Assembly (NCBI GenBank): GCA_046538485.1
Contig: JBKHIT010000007.1
Coordinates: forward strand, 32,001 to 96,000
Direction of reading: 5' to 3'
Source of the DNA: Candidatus Brocadiia bacterium
GTDB taxonomy: Bacteria > Planctomycetota > Brocadiia > SM23-32
DNA length: 64,000 nucleotides
The notes under the pieces are model-generated. The model saw only the letters and a list, made by a program, of their open reading frames with translations. It had not been told where the DNA came from and did not search any database. The stretch's first letter is position 1; the number at the start of each line of letters is the position of its first letter. Below are positions 30,020 through 39,883 of this stretch, piece by piece. Position numbers and translations under genes: made by a program.

Positions 30020-31744
30020 TTACATGCCGGGCATACCTCCGCCCATACCACCCATGCCACCCATACCGCCCATACCGCCCATGCCACCCATGCCGCCAGG
30101 AGCAGCTCCGCCCATGCCGGGAGCACCGCCTGGGCCGCCAGGACCGCCAGGCATCTCTTCTTCTTTTCCGGGCAATTCGGTGATAAGACATTCGGTAGTG
30201 AGCAAAACGCCGGCCACACTGACGGCGTTCTGAAGAGCGGAGCGGATGACTTTTGTCGCGTCAATTACTCCGGATTTTACAAGGTCGCAAAACTCCAGTT
30301 TTTGGGCATCAAAGCCAAAAGAATAATTGTCTTCTGAAAGGATTTTTTGGACGACGACCTCGCCTTCTTCTCCGGCGTTGCTGGCTATCGAGCTGGCCGG
30401 TGCGGCCAGAGCCTTCTTCAGAACTTCGATAGCGGCCGATTCTTCGCCGGGCAACTCAAGGTTTTCCAGGACAGAGGATGCTCTCAGTAGCGCAACACCA
30501 CCGCCGGGCAGGATGCCTTCTTCTGCTGCGGCCTGGGTAGCGTTAAGCGCATCTTCAACACGAGCTTTCTTTTCTTTCATCTCGGTTTCACTCACGGCGC
30601 CCACGTTAATCTGGGCGACTCCGCCTCCGAGTTTTGCCAATCTTTCCTCGAGTTTCTCGCAATCATAATCGCTTGTAGTTTGCTCGATTTCGCGTTCGAT
30701 CTGTGTGCAGCGGGCTTCAATTTCGGATTCCGAGCCAGCCCCACCGACAATAATGGTATCGTCGTCGGTAACGGTAACCTTTTCCGCCCGCCCGAGGTCG
30801 TTGATATCCACGTTTTCAATTTTAATCCCCAATGATTCAAAAATAGGACGAGCGCCCGTCAGGATGGCGATATCTTCCATTATCGACTTCCGGCGATCGC
30901 CATATCCCGGGGCTTTGACCGCACAGCAATCGACCACACCGCGCATTTTATTCACCACGAGAGTGGCGAGGGCTTCATCTTCAACGTCTTCACTGATGAT
31001 CAAAACGGGTTTGTCCTGTTGGCTGAGTCGTTCGAGGAATTCGACAAGCCCGGAAGCCGAGCTGAGTTTTTCCTCAAATACCAGCACCAGACAGTCTTCA
31101 AGGACGCATTCCATCCTGTCCTCGTCGGTTATGAACTGAGGTGAAAGGTAGCCCCTATTGAACTGCATACCTTCCACGACATCGACATAGCTGTCGAGGG
31201 CCCGTCCTTCTTCGACGGTTACGACCCCGGTTCGACCGACCTGGTCCATGGCATCGGCGATCATCTGACCAATTTCGGCGTTGTTATTGGCCGCGATACT
31301 GGCGATAGCCTGAATATCATCGCTGTCGCCGACCGGTTTGCTTTGTTGCTTGAGTTCTTCGACGACGGCGTCAGCCGCTTTCTGCAGGCCACGGCGCAAC
31401 GACATGGGGTCAATGCCGCTGACCACCCGTTTCATGCCTTCTGTGGCGATGGCTTCGGCGAGCACAGTTGCCGTTGTGGTGCCGTCTCCCGCATCATCGC
31501 CCGTCTTGGATGCTGCTTCTCGGGTGAGACGCGCTCCAAGATTCTCTTCTTTATCGGTCAATTCGATATCTTCCGCAACGGTAACCCCGTCTTTTGTGAC
31601 TTTCGGGCTTCCGTAACTCTTATCAAGCACGGCGGTACGGCCGCGCGGACCAAGCGTCGACTTCACGGCCCGGGCAAGTTTCTGGACTCCCTCCAGTATT
31701 TTCTCGCGGGCCTGCCGTTCATAAACTAGTTGCTTCGCTGGCAT
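30020..31744 (-). CDS. groEL: Chaperonin GroEL (long GGM-repeat tail)
   Basis: [27 protein letters not shown], tail GGMGGMGGM. Confidence 0.98.
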   Translation of the reverse strand: MPAKQLVYERQAREKILEGVQKLARAVKSTLGPRGRTAVLDKSYGSPKVTKDGVTVAEDIELTDKEENLGARLTREAASKTGDDAGDGTTTATVLAEAIATEGMKRVVSGIDPMSLRRGLQKAADAVVEELKQQSKPVGDSDDIQAIASIAANNNAEIGQMIADAMDQVGRTGVVTVEEGRALDSYVDVVEGMQFNRGYLSPQFITDEDRMECVLEDCLVLVFEEKLSSASGLVEFLERLSQQDKPVLIISEDVEDEALATLVVNKMRGVVDCCAVKAPGYGDRRKSIMEDIAILTGARPIFESLGIKIENVDINDLGRAEKVTVTDDDTIIVGGAGSESEIEARCTQIEREIEQTTSDYDCEKLEERLAKLGGGVAQINVGAVSETEMKEKKARVEDALNATQAAAEEGILPGGGVALLRASSVLENLELPGEESAAIEVLKKALAAPASSIASNAGEEGEVVVQKILSEDNYSFGFDAQKLEFCDLVKSGVIDATKVIRSALQNAVSVAGVLLTTECLITELPGKEEEMPGGPGGPGGAPGMGGAAPGGMGGMGGMGGMGGMGGMGGGMPGM

Positions 31745-31828
31745 CCTCGTAATCCTCCAAGATTTCAAGTGGATGCGAAAAGTTTTGAAAACACACTTAT
31801 TCCGCAACGCTGGAACCAAATTATAGGC

Positions 31829-31844
31829 GCAAACTCTGTGCCAA
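31829..31844 (-). promoter_or_regulatory. Sigma-54 (-24/-12) promoter of the chaperone operon
   Basis: Minus strand reads TTGGCAC-AGAGT-TTGC, matching the TGGCAC-N5-TTGC consensus, 85 bp upstream of groEL. Confidence 0.8.
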
Positions 31845-31974
31845 TAAATTTAAATTCGGATCTCCTTCGGTGCCTGCGACTCCGAAACCCACCGATACCG
31901 TGACCTGGTTTTGCTGAAAGCATCTGAACATTGTCGTTTCCGCCCGTGTGCCCGGTTCCGGGACGCTGGAGCTA

Positions 31975-32029
31975 CTGTCAATCCGACAGAACAAAGGCCT
32001 GCCATTGCAGATGCCTGTCAATATGGCAG
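31975..32029. promoter_or_regulatory. Candidate enhancer (UAS) palindromes
   Basis: CTGTCA-ATC-CGACAG (31975-89) and CTGTCA-ATA-TGGCAG (32015-29), 40 bp apart, with CTGCCA between them. Confidence 0.5.
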
Positions 32030-32045
32030 CGGACGGCGTGGGTGT

Positions 32046-34418
32046 TCAGCGGCCTTTTTTCATGCTGATACGGCGGGAGGCTGCCGACAGTTCGGAATGG
32101 AATTTCCGGGCAATAGTGGTGAAAATCCCCCGGTGAATAATTTTTTGGCCTTCTTCGTTGGGATGGAGTTGGTACGAACTCTTGTTTTCGGGAGACGGGC
32201 GGAAAAGGCGTTCCCATTTTTCCTCCAGCATGAACCGCGAGTATATATCGGCTACCGGGAGCCCTTTTCGAAGTCCCGTTTTTTTGATGATACGGGCATA
32301 ATGATGGGACAGTTTGGGGCGCAGAGGAAGCGGTGGGGGAGTTATCAGAATTATATAAGCCCGGCTCTGGCTCAAAGCCTGGTCGAGAGCAGCAATCAGG
32401 TATGCCTCAAAAGCTTCATGAGGGACAGTATTGACGACAGATTCGGGTTGCCCCACGAGAATGATGAGATGGGGGCCTGATTCACTTATGCTTTGTTGCA
32501 TTTCAAGAAAACGCCGAGTGGGAGGGAATTCCTCTCCGCTTTTCAGCTGTGGTTTCTTTACTTCGAAACGAAGCGGATTATAAGTGTTTCGCAAAGCGTT
32601 TGTGAGCATTGTGATATAGCTCGGCCGTTTCGGGGAGGCCCCGGAAGGTCCCGACAGCCCGGAATCAAGCACCAAGATGCGGCACACGCCATTTTTGGGC
32701 GAAAATATTTGTCTCTGAGGAACGTTCTTAATCTTTGCGTCAGCAATGCGAAGCACGACCAGGCGGCCTTGTCGATCCCTGAGATTGTGTGCTCGGTCCT
32801 GTTTGAGGCGCATCAGTGGACGGTCTGTGCTGAGAGCAGCCAGGGTTTTTTCTGTTGTCGAACGGCCATGGAGTAGAAGTCGGAAAGTAAGGTACAAATC
32901 GCCTTTTGGAAGGGCGGCGCTGGTTTCGATCGGCAGCCAGCCACCTTGCAGCCCCGGAGAGGGACGGAGTTCTTCTATAAGGCGTTTGTCCCGCCTTGAT
33001 TTGATTTTCACGCCTGAGTTCGTTTTCGAGACGGTTTCCAGGACGACGTCTCGCTTCAAATTACTTTTGTTTTTGAGATAAAGTTTGATTTTAGCTTTTT
33101 CACCGGCCGGTAGTATGGGGAATTCGCTTTCAAAGGCGATTTGCATCCTCAAATTCATTTGTTTGACGGGTTCGGGGGCATGGGTCACACGCCGCTTAAT
33201 TCGTGCCTGTTTGCCCTTTTTGTTTCTTATCGTAAGCGTAACCCGGTACGGTTTCTGCCGCGGGAATTCGTGGTCGGTCGTTCTCCCTGTGGCAGTTGTA
33301 CCGTCGCCGAAATCCCATTGGTAGGTGAAGCGACTTTCGCTCTCGGGGGGTTCGCCGGATCTGCTTTCGAAATGGTGACGTGGGAATTTCAGCTCGTCGC
33401 CATTGACATGGAGGTTGTACCGATGGCGGGAGATGAAGAACGGATTAAGATCAGCGCCCAGCACTTCACGGCCCTTTATTTCTGCGGGCAGAAATTTTAC
33501 AAAAGCGCGCGGCGGCACGGTCACAATAGCGTCAGATGATGGCCCCTGCCATCCCAGTTTGGCCAGCTGGGCTCCGCCGTTCTCCACGTGATAGTAGTGC
33601 AGCCGGTAAACGCCTCGTTTAATCGGCTCAGCGGTGGTCCTGACTGCTTTGGGATGCGTTGGATCGCGCCAGCTCTCACTCGGTACTCCCACTTTTCGTT
33701 CGCAATGCAGCAGTTCTTCTTCGCCCAATTGAAGGTCAAATGACGCAAAATCATCCGCGTTGAGGGCGAAAGTGTACTGGCCTGTTTCCGGGAGATAAAT
33801 GGTTCCTTCATAGATGCTCAAATAATAATCGTTGCGTCCGAATGGGTTTTCAAGATCGTTGATATGCCGCCATTCTTTCTTCCCGCACTTTTCAAGATCG
33901 GCCCCCAGCAGGTAATCCAGATGCGCAAGATTGCGAAATACGCCATTTTGCAACAATCGGGTTTCAAGAGTTAACCCGCCAAGGTGCCGATCCCACTGAT
34001 GTGAGACACGAGGGGCTTTTTTATTGCCGTAGTAAATAAAAAACTTTTCCCGATCGGGCGGAACGAAAAACAGTACGCTCAGAGAGCCGTCTTGGAACTT
34101 TTCCACATTGTGTGGGAGGATCTGTCCCGAGGCATCCAGTACCCGCACGTCGCGGCCGTCTTTGGCACAGAGGGAGCTTTGTTCGCGGAGTTCAGCACGG
34201 ACCGTGTTGATTCCTCCCCGCCGCTCTTTTTCGACGACACCGACCTCAAGCCGGTATTTCCAGTTTTTGTTCCACCACTTATCGGCGGAAAAGCCGAGCG
34301 AGGGAAAAACACAGATGAGAGACAAAAGAGAGACCAACCGCAATAACAGGCCGCGATGGCGGAGGTCGGCAAACACGTTATGTACCCCGATGGATTGTTC
34401 GCACCGCTTGGGGATCAC
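32046..34418 (-). CDS. Exported multidomain protein: DUF2341-like, PA14-like, PKD, SGNH-like
   Basis: WWNKNWKYR...DGRDVRV...IYYGN, YEGTIYLPETGQYTFALNADD...ENGG, YQWDFGDGT, LITPPP...ADIY...LHPNEEG. Confidence 0.75.
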   Translation of the reverse strand: MIPKRCEQSIGVHNVFADLRHRGLLLRLVSLLSLICVFPSLGFSADKWWNKNWKYRLEVGVVEKERRGGINTVRAELREQSSLCAKDGRDVRVLDASGQILPHNVEKFQDGSLSVLFFVPPDREKFFIYYGNKKAPRVSHQWDRHLGGLTLETRLLQNGVFRNLAHLDYLLGADLEKCGKKEWRHINDLENPFGRNDYYLSIYEGTIYLPETGQYTFALNADDFASFDLQLGEEELLHCERKVGVPSESWRDPTHPKAVRTTAEPIKRGVYRLHYYHVENGGAQLAKLGWQGPSSDAIVTVPPRAFVKFLPAEIKGREVLGADLNPFFISRHRYNLHVNGDELKFPRHHFESRSGEPPESESRFTYQWDFGDGTTATGRTTDHEFPRQKPYRVTLTIRNKKGKQARIKRRVTHAPEPVKQMNLRMQIAFESEFPILPAGEKAKIKLYLKNKSNLKRDVVLETVSKTNSGVKIKSRRDKRLIEELRPSPGLQGGWLPIETSAALPKGDLYLTFRLLLHGRSTTEKTLAALSTDRPLMRLKQDRAHNLRDRQGRLVVLRIADAKIKNVPQRQIFSPKNGVCRILVLDSGLSGPSGASPKRPSYITMLTNALRNTYNPLRFEVKKPQLKSGEEFPPTRRFLEMQQSISESGPHLIILVGQPESVVNTVPHEAFEAYLIAALDQALSQSRAYIILITPPPLPLRPKLSHHYARIIKKTGLRKGLPVADIYSRFMLEEKWERLFRPSPENKSSYQLHPNEEGQKIIHRGIFTTIARKFHSELSAASRRISMKKGR

Positions 34419-34419
34419 T

Positions 34420-35265
34420 TCAGAGCAGTTTTTCTTTCAGAGATCGCAATAGCTCAATGGCTTTTTCAATGTCTTTCACCTGTTGTTCACCGCTGATCTC
34501 GCGTTCGATGGTCAGCGGGCCTTCGTATCCCAGATCGACGAGGGTGCGCATATACTCTTCGATATTAACATCTCCTTCGCCCAGGGGAACTTCTTCGCCC
34601 CATTCCACGCCAGGATTGCCGCTCCCCACAGCGTCTTTGCAGTGGCAGCTCCGCACGTATTGACCCACTTTGCGCAGGGCTTCAAGCGGTTCCCCGCTCC
34701 CATACAGGATCATGTTAGCGGGATCAAAATTCACGCAGAGATTATCTCTTCCCACTTCTTCAATCAGTGTCAGCAAAGTGGACGCGGTTTCCTGCCCGGT
34801 TTCCAGGTTGACTGTCAGGTCCATCGCTTTGCAGTATTCGCAGAGGCCCTTCAGGATCCCGACGATTTCAGCGAACTCGTCCGAATCGGTATCTTCGGGC
34901 ACAAAACCCACGTGAATTCCAATACCGGGGGCGTCTACCGCGGAAGCGAAATCGGCGATGTCTCGCGTTTGGCGGACTCTCTTTTCACGTGTCTCCGGTG
35001 GCACAAGTCCCACTGTTTCCCGCACGGCTTCAATGGTCGCATAGCTTTCACCGGGGTAGCCGCAGAAAACCAATGTGATATCGATATGAGCCTCATTGAA
35101 TTGTTTGCAGACTTGTTCGGCGTGCTGGGGGGTACGCAGGTCGGGCGGGGGAGCGTGTACCTGAACGGTCGGAACGCCCATTTTCTGGACAGCATCTAAT
35201 CCAGCTCCAAGACCTGCCCCGATGGAAGTGAAAACTCCCAGCGGCATAATTTCTTTGGTACTCAT
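34420..35265 (-). CDS. Sugar-phosphate isomerase/epimerase (xylose-isomerase-like TIM barrel)
   Basis: LETGQE, NFDPAN, HCKD, LGEGDV, GYEGPLTIERE. Confidence 0.92.
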   Translation of the reverse strand: MSTKEIMPLGVFTSIGAGLGAGLDAVQKMGVPTVQVHAPPPDLRTPQHAEQVCKQFNEAHIDITLVFCGYPGESYATIEAVRETVGLVPPETREKRVRQTRDIADFASAVDAPGIGIHVGFVPEDTDSDEFAEIVGILKGLCEYCKAMDLTVNLETGQETASTLLTLIEEVGRDNLCVNFDPANMILYGSGEPLEALRKVGQYVRSCHCKDAVGSGNPGVEWGEEVPLGEGDVNIEEYMRTLVDLGYEGPLTIEREISGEQQVKDIEKAIELLRSLKEKLL

Positions 35266-35510
35266 ACGAGTCTCCTTCATACAAGATGTAAAGACCATTT
35301 AAATGCTCTTGGAGCGGGGTGTCAAGCTTAAGAACATCGGGTTTTGTCCCCGTGGACCCGAACGGCCGCGGCGAAAATACGCTTACCGAAAGCAATTCAA
35401 GGTTGCGGTGCTTTCTCTTGTGCAGCACTTTGATATTCTCGATTGTGTAGTATATCATCAAACGCTCTACTTTCCATCCGGCAGTGTCCAAAACGAGAGG
35501 TATTCAACTG

Positions 35511-37493
35511 ATGGTAATGCGTTGGTTCAGACGAAATAAGAAAATTTTGATGGCCGGACTCGTTGTGTTGCTTATGGTCAGCTGGGGCGCGCTCCCTGCT
35601 TTGCGGTCTATTGCCACGAGGAGCAAAGGCGTACGGGGTCAGATCCGGGGAGAAAAAGTAACCCAGATTGAACTCAATGAGGCCGCGCGGGATCTTCAAA
35701 CACTCATAAAAACAGGTCTTGCGAGATTATTCCCCCGCCCGATCGGATCTTTCATTTTCCAGGGCGATCGTCCCCAGGCAAGCCTGGATGCTATTTGGCG
35801 TTATCTCGTTCTGGTGCGGGAAGCTAAAGCCGCCGGTATTAAAGTGACACAACAGGAGGTGCGGGGACTTCTTGCTCTGAGGTCCTTTGGAGATAATACG
35901 CAGGAACTGCGCGAAAAAATCGGAAAGCAACTCGAAGCCAATCCGGAAATCAATGCGGCTTTACCGGAACTGTTTCGCATCAGCAAGCTGCTTTCCTACT
36001 GGCTCAGTTCTGTCCAGTTGAGTGATGCTGAGCTGTGGCTCAAGTATCGTTACGAGGGTGAAGCAGTCAAATTCAAGTTCGTCAAAATCAGCCCTGCGCC
36101 GTTCAAGGAACGAGTTGATGTGGAGACGGAAGAGCTCCGGCAGTTTTACGAAGAACATAAAGATAAACGTCGCAATTTGTCTCAAGGGGTAGTGGGATAC
36201 CAGGCCCCGAAACGTATTAAACTGGAGTTTGCTCTGGCTTCGTATGAGAAACTGGCAAAGAGCCAAACAGTTACAGATGAGGAAGTCGAGGTTTATTACG
36301 AGGAACATAAGAGCGAATTCGAGAAGGAAACAGAGCAAGAAGAGTCGTCTGAATCGGACTCTAAAACTGAGGCCGGGGAGGATCCAGAAAAGACCGAATC
36401 GGAGGGCGATTCGGGTGTCTCGACTGAAAATGGTGGAAACACGGAACAGATTGAGATCGGCGGCGAAACCGCGGAAGAAAAAGGACCTGTCTATAAACCG
36501 CTGGATGAGGTAAGTGACGAAATTCGCGAGAAAATCCGAGACAGAAAAGCGCGAGAAGCTGCCAGAGAGAAAGAAGAAAAAGTTTGGAAAGACCTCGCCA
36601 AAGTAGCCGACCGCTACGAGGATGAACCTTTACCGCTTGAGCAGATGGCTAAAAGGCATGATCTCGACTATGAGCTCGTAACGGTGGATGAGGAAAGGAC
36701 GTACGTTTCTCAACAGGAACTGGCGGAAGTTCTGCCCGGAGGCCGAAGCCTGGCCGGGTCGATCTTTAGCGATAATCTTGAAGTCAACATTACCGCGCGG
36801 AAGGATACTTCGGAAGGGATGGTCATTTTCCAGGTGCTGGGCAAGCGACCACCGCGCCCGAAACCGTATGAAGAAGTCACCGAGCAGGTCCGTGCAGATC
36901 TGATCGCCCAAAAAGCATTGGACCGGGCGAAGAAAGCAGGACTGAAACTCAAAGATAAAGCCCAGCAGAGTTCGTTAAAAGACGCTGTGGAAGAGATGGA
37001 AAAACGCCTGGTGAGTTTGCTTGGAAAACCCGGGGCTGCGGAGGAAGAAAAAATGGACGAGGAGGGGAAGGAGAAGACAGATGAAAGCGCAGGCCAAAAG
37101 GAAGCTGAAAAAGGTAAAACGGTGGAAGAATCGGCGGATGAAGAAAAAACAAAGAGTAAAGCCCGGTACCTGCGGGTTCAGGAGTCTGATTTCGTACAGC
37201 GAGGGAGCCCATACGTGGAGCAAATTGGCGTAGTCGTCGAAAATGTTGTGGAAACAGCATTCGAGCTGGAACGCAATCAGATTGAAACGGTGGTAGAAAC
37301 AGGGGCTCAGTCGGCTTGTTACGTAATCCAGAAATTGGGGCAGCAAGAAGCTTCTCAGGAGGGTTTCCATCAGCGGGCGCAAATGCAAAAAATGCTCGGG
37401 AAATTCCGCCGTCAGCGACGTGCTATCGATAGTTTTCTGCAGCGCTTGATCGACGAATCTCCCGTTCCGGAGACCGAAAAAGAAGAGGAGTAG
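35511..37493 (+). CDS. PpiD/SurA-like membrane-anchored periplasmic chaperone
   Basis: MRWFRRNKK + TM, G.KVTQ, ELRQFYEEHK, VTDEEVEVYYEEHK, KPLDEV...I, acidic inserts. Confidence 0.65.
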   Translation: MVMRWFRRNKKILMAGLVVLLMVSWGALPALRSIATRSKGVRGQIRGEKVTQIELNEAARDLQTLIKTGLARLFPRPIGSFIFQGDRPQASLDAIWRYLVLVREAKAAGIKVTQQEVRGLLALRSFGDNTQELREKIGKQLEANPEINAALPELFRISKLLSYWLSSVQLSDAELWLKYRYEGEAVKFKFVKISPAPFKERVDVETEELRQFYEEHKDKRRNLSQGVVGYQAPKRIKLEFALASYEKLAKSQTVTDEEVEVYYEEHKSEFEKETEQEESSESDSKTEAGEDPEKTESEGDSGVSTENGGNTEQIEIGGETAEEKGPVYKPLDEVSDEIREKIRDRKAREAAREKEEKVWKDLAKVADRYEDEPLPLEQMAKRHDLDYELVTVDEERTYVSQQELAEVLPGGRSLAGSIFSDNLEVNITARKDTSEGMVIFQVLGKRPPRPKPYEEVTEQVRADLIAQKALDRAKKAGLKLKDKAQQSSLKDAVEEMEKRLVSLLGKPGAAEEEKMDEEGKEKTDESAGQKEAEKGKTVEESADEEKTKSKARYLRVQESDFVQRGSPYVEQIGVVVENVVETAFELERNQIETVVETGAQSACYVIQKLGQQEASQEGFHQRAQMQKMLGKFRRQRRAIDSFLQRLIDESPVPETEKEEE

Positions 37494-37498
37494 GTGCG

Positions 37499-38428
37499 AT
37501 GGAGGTGGTTCGATGGCCGGCGGAAAGCGATTGGCCATACGAGCGTGGCGCATGCACGCTGGGGGTTTTTGACGGTGTGCACCTGGGGCATCAAAAAGTT
37601 TTGTGGCGGGTCGTGGATGAGGCGAAAAGCCGGGGTATGCCTGCGGTGGTCATTACGTTTGATCGGCATCCTGGCCTGACTCTGGGGGAACCGGGTGAAC
37701 CTTTCATTACAGCTCTGGAGCATCGGCTCTGCCTTTTCGAGGATCTCGGACTCGACGGCTGTGTGGTGATTGAGTTTGACGAAGAAGTTGCCCGGATTGG
37801 GGCCAGAGACTTTGCACGCAAAATGTTCGGTGACCTCATTGAGGCCAAAGTTGTCGTTATCGGGTTTGACTCGAAATTCGGGAAGGGAGGGGAAGGGGAT
37901 ATCGAGACGCTCAGGAATATGCAGGATGAGCTCGGTATCGAAGTTTACGAAGTTCCGTCCATACGCGTTGATGGGGAAGTGGTTTCCAGCACGGCGATCC
38001 GAGAGGCTGTGCGAGAGGGGGACCTTGAACGGGCCGAGCGATTGTTGGGACGACCCTATTCAATGTATGGAACGGTCGTCCACGGAGCGGGTCTCGGCCA
38101 TGAGATGGATTGTCCGACGGCCAATCTCGAAGTGCACCATGAGCTTTTTCCAAAAGAAGGCGTTTATGCTACCTGGCTTCACTACAGGGGTAACCGTTGG
38201 GAATCGGTAACGAGTGTCGGAACACGGGAAACGATTGAGTGGTTGGACGAACATCCTCCTGTTATTGAAGTTCATGTTTTGGGAAAAGAAGTCGATCTTT
38301 ATGGGGAAGATGTGGAAGTGGTGTTCGTTGACTGGATTCGGGAACAACGTAAATATGAGAGGGTCCAGGAGTTGAAAGAACAACTTCCAAGAGACTGTGC
38401 GGCGGCGACCGAAAAGCTGAACCGTTGA
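37499..38428 (+). CDS. ribF: Bifunctional riboflavin kinase/FAD synthetase
   Basis: GVFDGVHLGHQ, TFDRHP, VSSTAIR, PTANL, IEVH. Confidence 0.96.
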   Translation: MEVVRWPAESDWPYERGACTLGVFDGVHLGHQKVLWRVVDEAKSRGMPAVVITFDRHPGLTLGEPGEPFITALEHRLCLFEDLGLDGCVVIEFDEEVARIGARDFARKMFGDLIEAKVVVIGFDSKFGKGGEGDIETLRNMQDELGIEVYEVPSIRVDGEVVSSTAIREAVREGDLERAERLLGRPYSMYGTVVHGAGLGHEMDCPTANLEVHHELFPKEGVYATWLHYRGNRWESVTSVGTRETIEWLDEHPPVIEVHVLGKEVDLYGEDVEVVFVDWIREQRKYERVQELKEQLPRDCAAATEKLNR

Positions 38429-38441
38429 GAGGGGGTTTCGT

Positions 38442-38470
38442 TTGACAGTTCGGGGGACCGTTTGTATATT
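38442..38470 (+). promoter_or_regulatory. Sigma-70 promoter for gap
   Basis: TTGACA-17-TATATT. Confidence 0.65.
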
Positions 38471-38611
38471 CATCAAGGTGGGTGGTCATTCTTCGACACA
38501 GGGATTTAGAGAATGGCAGCACAGAAATGACCTTTGTATCTGTTTGTGTCGAAACTGACTGTGAGCGAGCAGAAAACTGGACTGCAACTTTCACTTTGAG
38601 GAGACGTAATT

Positions 38612-39622
38612 ATGGCTATCAGGGTTGGCATCAATGGCTTCGGCCGCATCGGCCGACTGGCATTTCGTTTGATGCGCGAAAGAGACAACTTTGAGGTCGT
38701 AGCGATCAATGACCTGTCAGGACCAGAGAACCTTGCTTATCTGCTGAAGTACGACAGTGTTCATGGAAGGCTTGATGAAGAAGTGACGGCCACAGAAAAT
38801 TCCATCGTGGTGGACGGCGATGAATATCCCGTTCTCTCGATCAAGGATCCGAAAGAGCTGCCCTGGGACGAAGAGGATGTGTATTTCGCAATTGAATCTA
38901 CCGGCGTGTTTCGTAATCGTTCCAGTGAAAAAGGAGGTTATGGTGACCACCTGGAAGCGGGAGCTGAAAAAGTTCTCCTGACAGTCCCGGCGAAAGACGA
39001 GATCGACGCGACAATCGTCCTGGGCGTAAATGATGAGGAACTCGGTGCCGATGACCTGTGCCTTTCAAATGCATCTTGTACGACCAACTGCCTCGGCCCG
39101 ATCACAAAAGTGTTGAACGACGAATTCGGGATCGAAAAAGCGCTGATGACGACCTGCCACGGTTACACGAACAATCAATCAACATGTGACCAGATCCACT
39201 CGAAAATGCGTCGTGGCCGCGCAGCTGCGGTGAATATTATTCCCACGACGACAGGCGCTGCGAAGGCTATCGGTAAAGTGATCAGTGAACTGGATGGTAA
39301 GATTGATGGAATGGCTCTGCGAGTGCCCGTGCCCTGCGGGTCCATCGTGGATCTTGTGGCATCAGTGGGGCGCGAAACCTCTGTCGAAGAGGTCAATGAG
39401 GCGATGAAAAAGGCTGCCGATGGTCCGATGAAGGGGATTCTGGAGTATTCGGAGGACCCGCTTGTCAGCACCGATATCCTCGATAATCCCGCCAGTTCGA
39501 TTCTTGATTCTGAGCAGACTATGGTCGTCGGTAACCTGGTCAAGGTGCTCAGCTGGTACGACAACGAGTGCGGATATTCCACCCGGGTCATCGATCTTAT
39601 GGAGAAAGCGGCCGCGCTCTAA
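38612..39622 (+). CDS. gap: Glyceraldehyde-3-phosphate dehydrogenase
   Basis: GINGFGRIGR, NASCTTNCL, WYDNE. Confidence 0.98.
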   Translation: MAIRVGINGFGRIGRLAFRLMRERDNFEVVAINDLSGPENLAYLLKYDSVHGRLDEEVTATENSIVVDGDEYPVLSIKDPKELPWDEEDVYFAIESTGVFRNRSSEKGGYGDHLEAGAEKVLLTVPAKDEIDATIVLGVNDEELGADDLCLSNASCTTNCLGPITKVLNDEFGIEKALMTTCHGYTNNQSTCDQIHSKMRRGRAAAVNIIPTTTGAAKAIGKVISELDGKIDGMALRVPVPCGSIVDLVASVGRETSVEEVNEAMKKAADGPMKGILEYSEDPLVSTDILDNPASSILDSEQTMVVGNLVKVLSWYDNECGYSTRVIDLMEKAAAL

Positions 39623-39663
39623 CGGTTGCCAATCCAGAAATATCAGCACTGAAATGAATAAGC

Positions 39664-39696
39664 AAAAAGGATGCCTCCAGGCGAGGCGTCCTTTTT
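39664..39696 (+). terminator. Rho-independent terminator after gap
   Basis: AAAAAGGATGCCTC / GAGGCGTCCTTTTT stem with a U-tract. Confidence 0.75.
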
Positions 39697-39883
39697 CTTA
39701 GTCGGAACGGCAGAAAGAAAGTTCCAGTATTGCGAGCGCGATGCCCATCGGCGCAGGGTTTGCGGATCCCGAAAATATTTAATACCGTTGTGGTGACCGT
39801 AATCTTCCCATCGTTAAGGAATACAACAAAAGTGGGCAGCAGCCAGAGTGGCAAACTGTCTACCAGGTCCAGGAGAAAAAGAA

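Noticed and set aside
30024..30150. Tandem DNA repeat
   Set aside because: It simply encodes the GroEL GGM tail.
31750..32045. CIRCE/HrcA operator upstream of groEL
   Set aside because: No TTAGCACTC-N9-GAGTGCTAA match seen.
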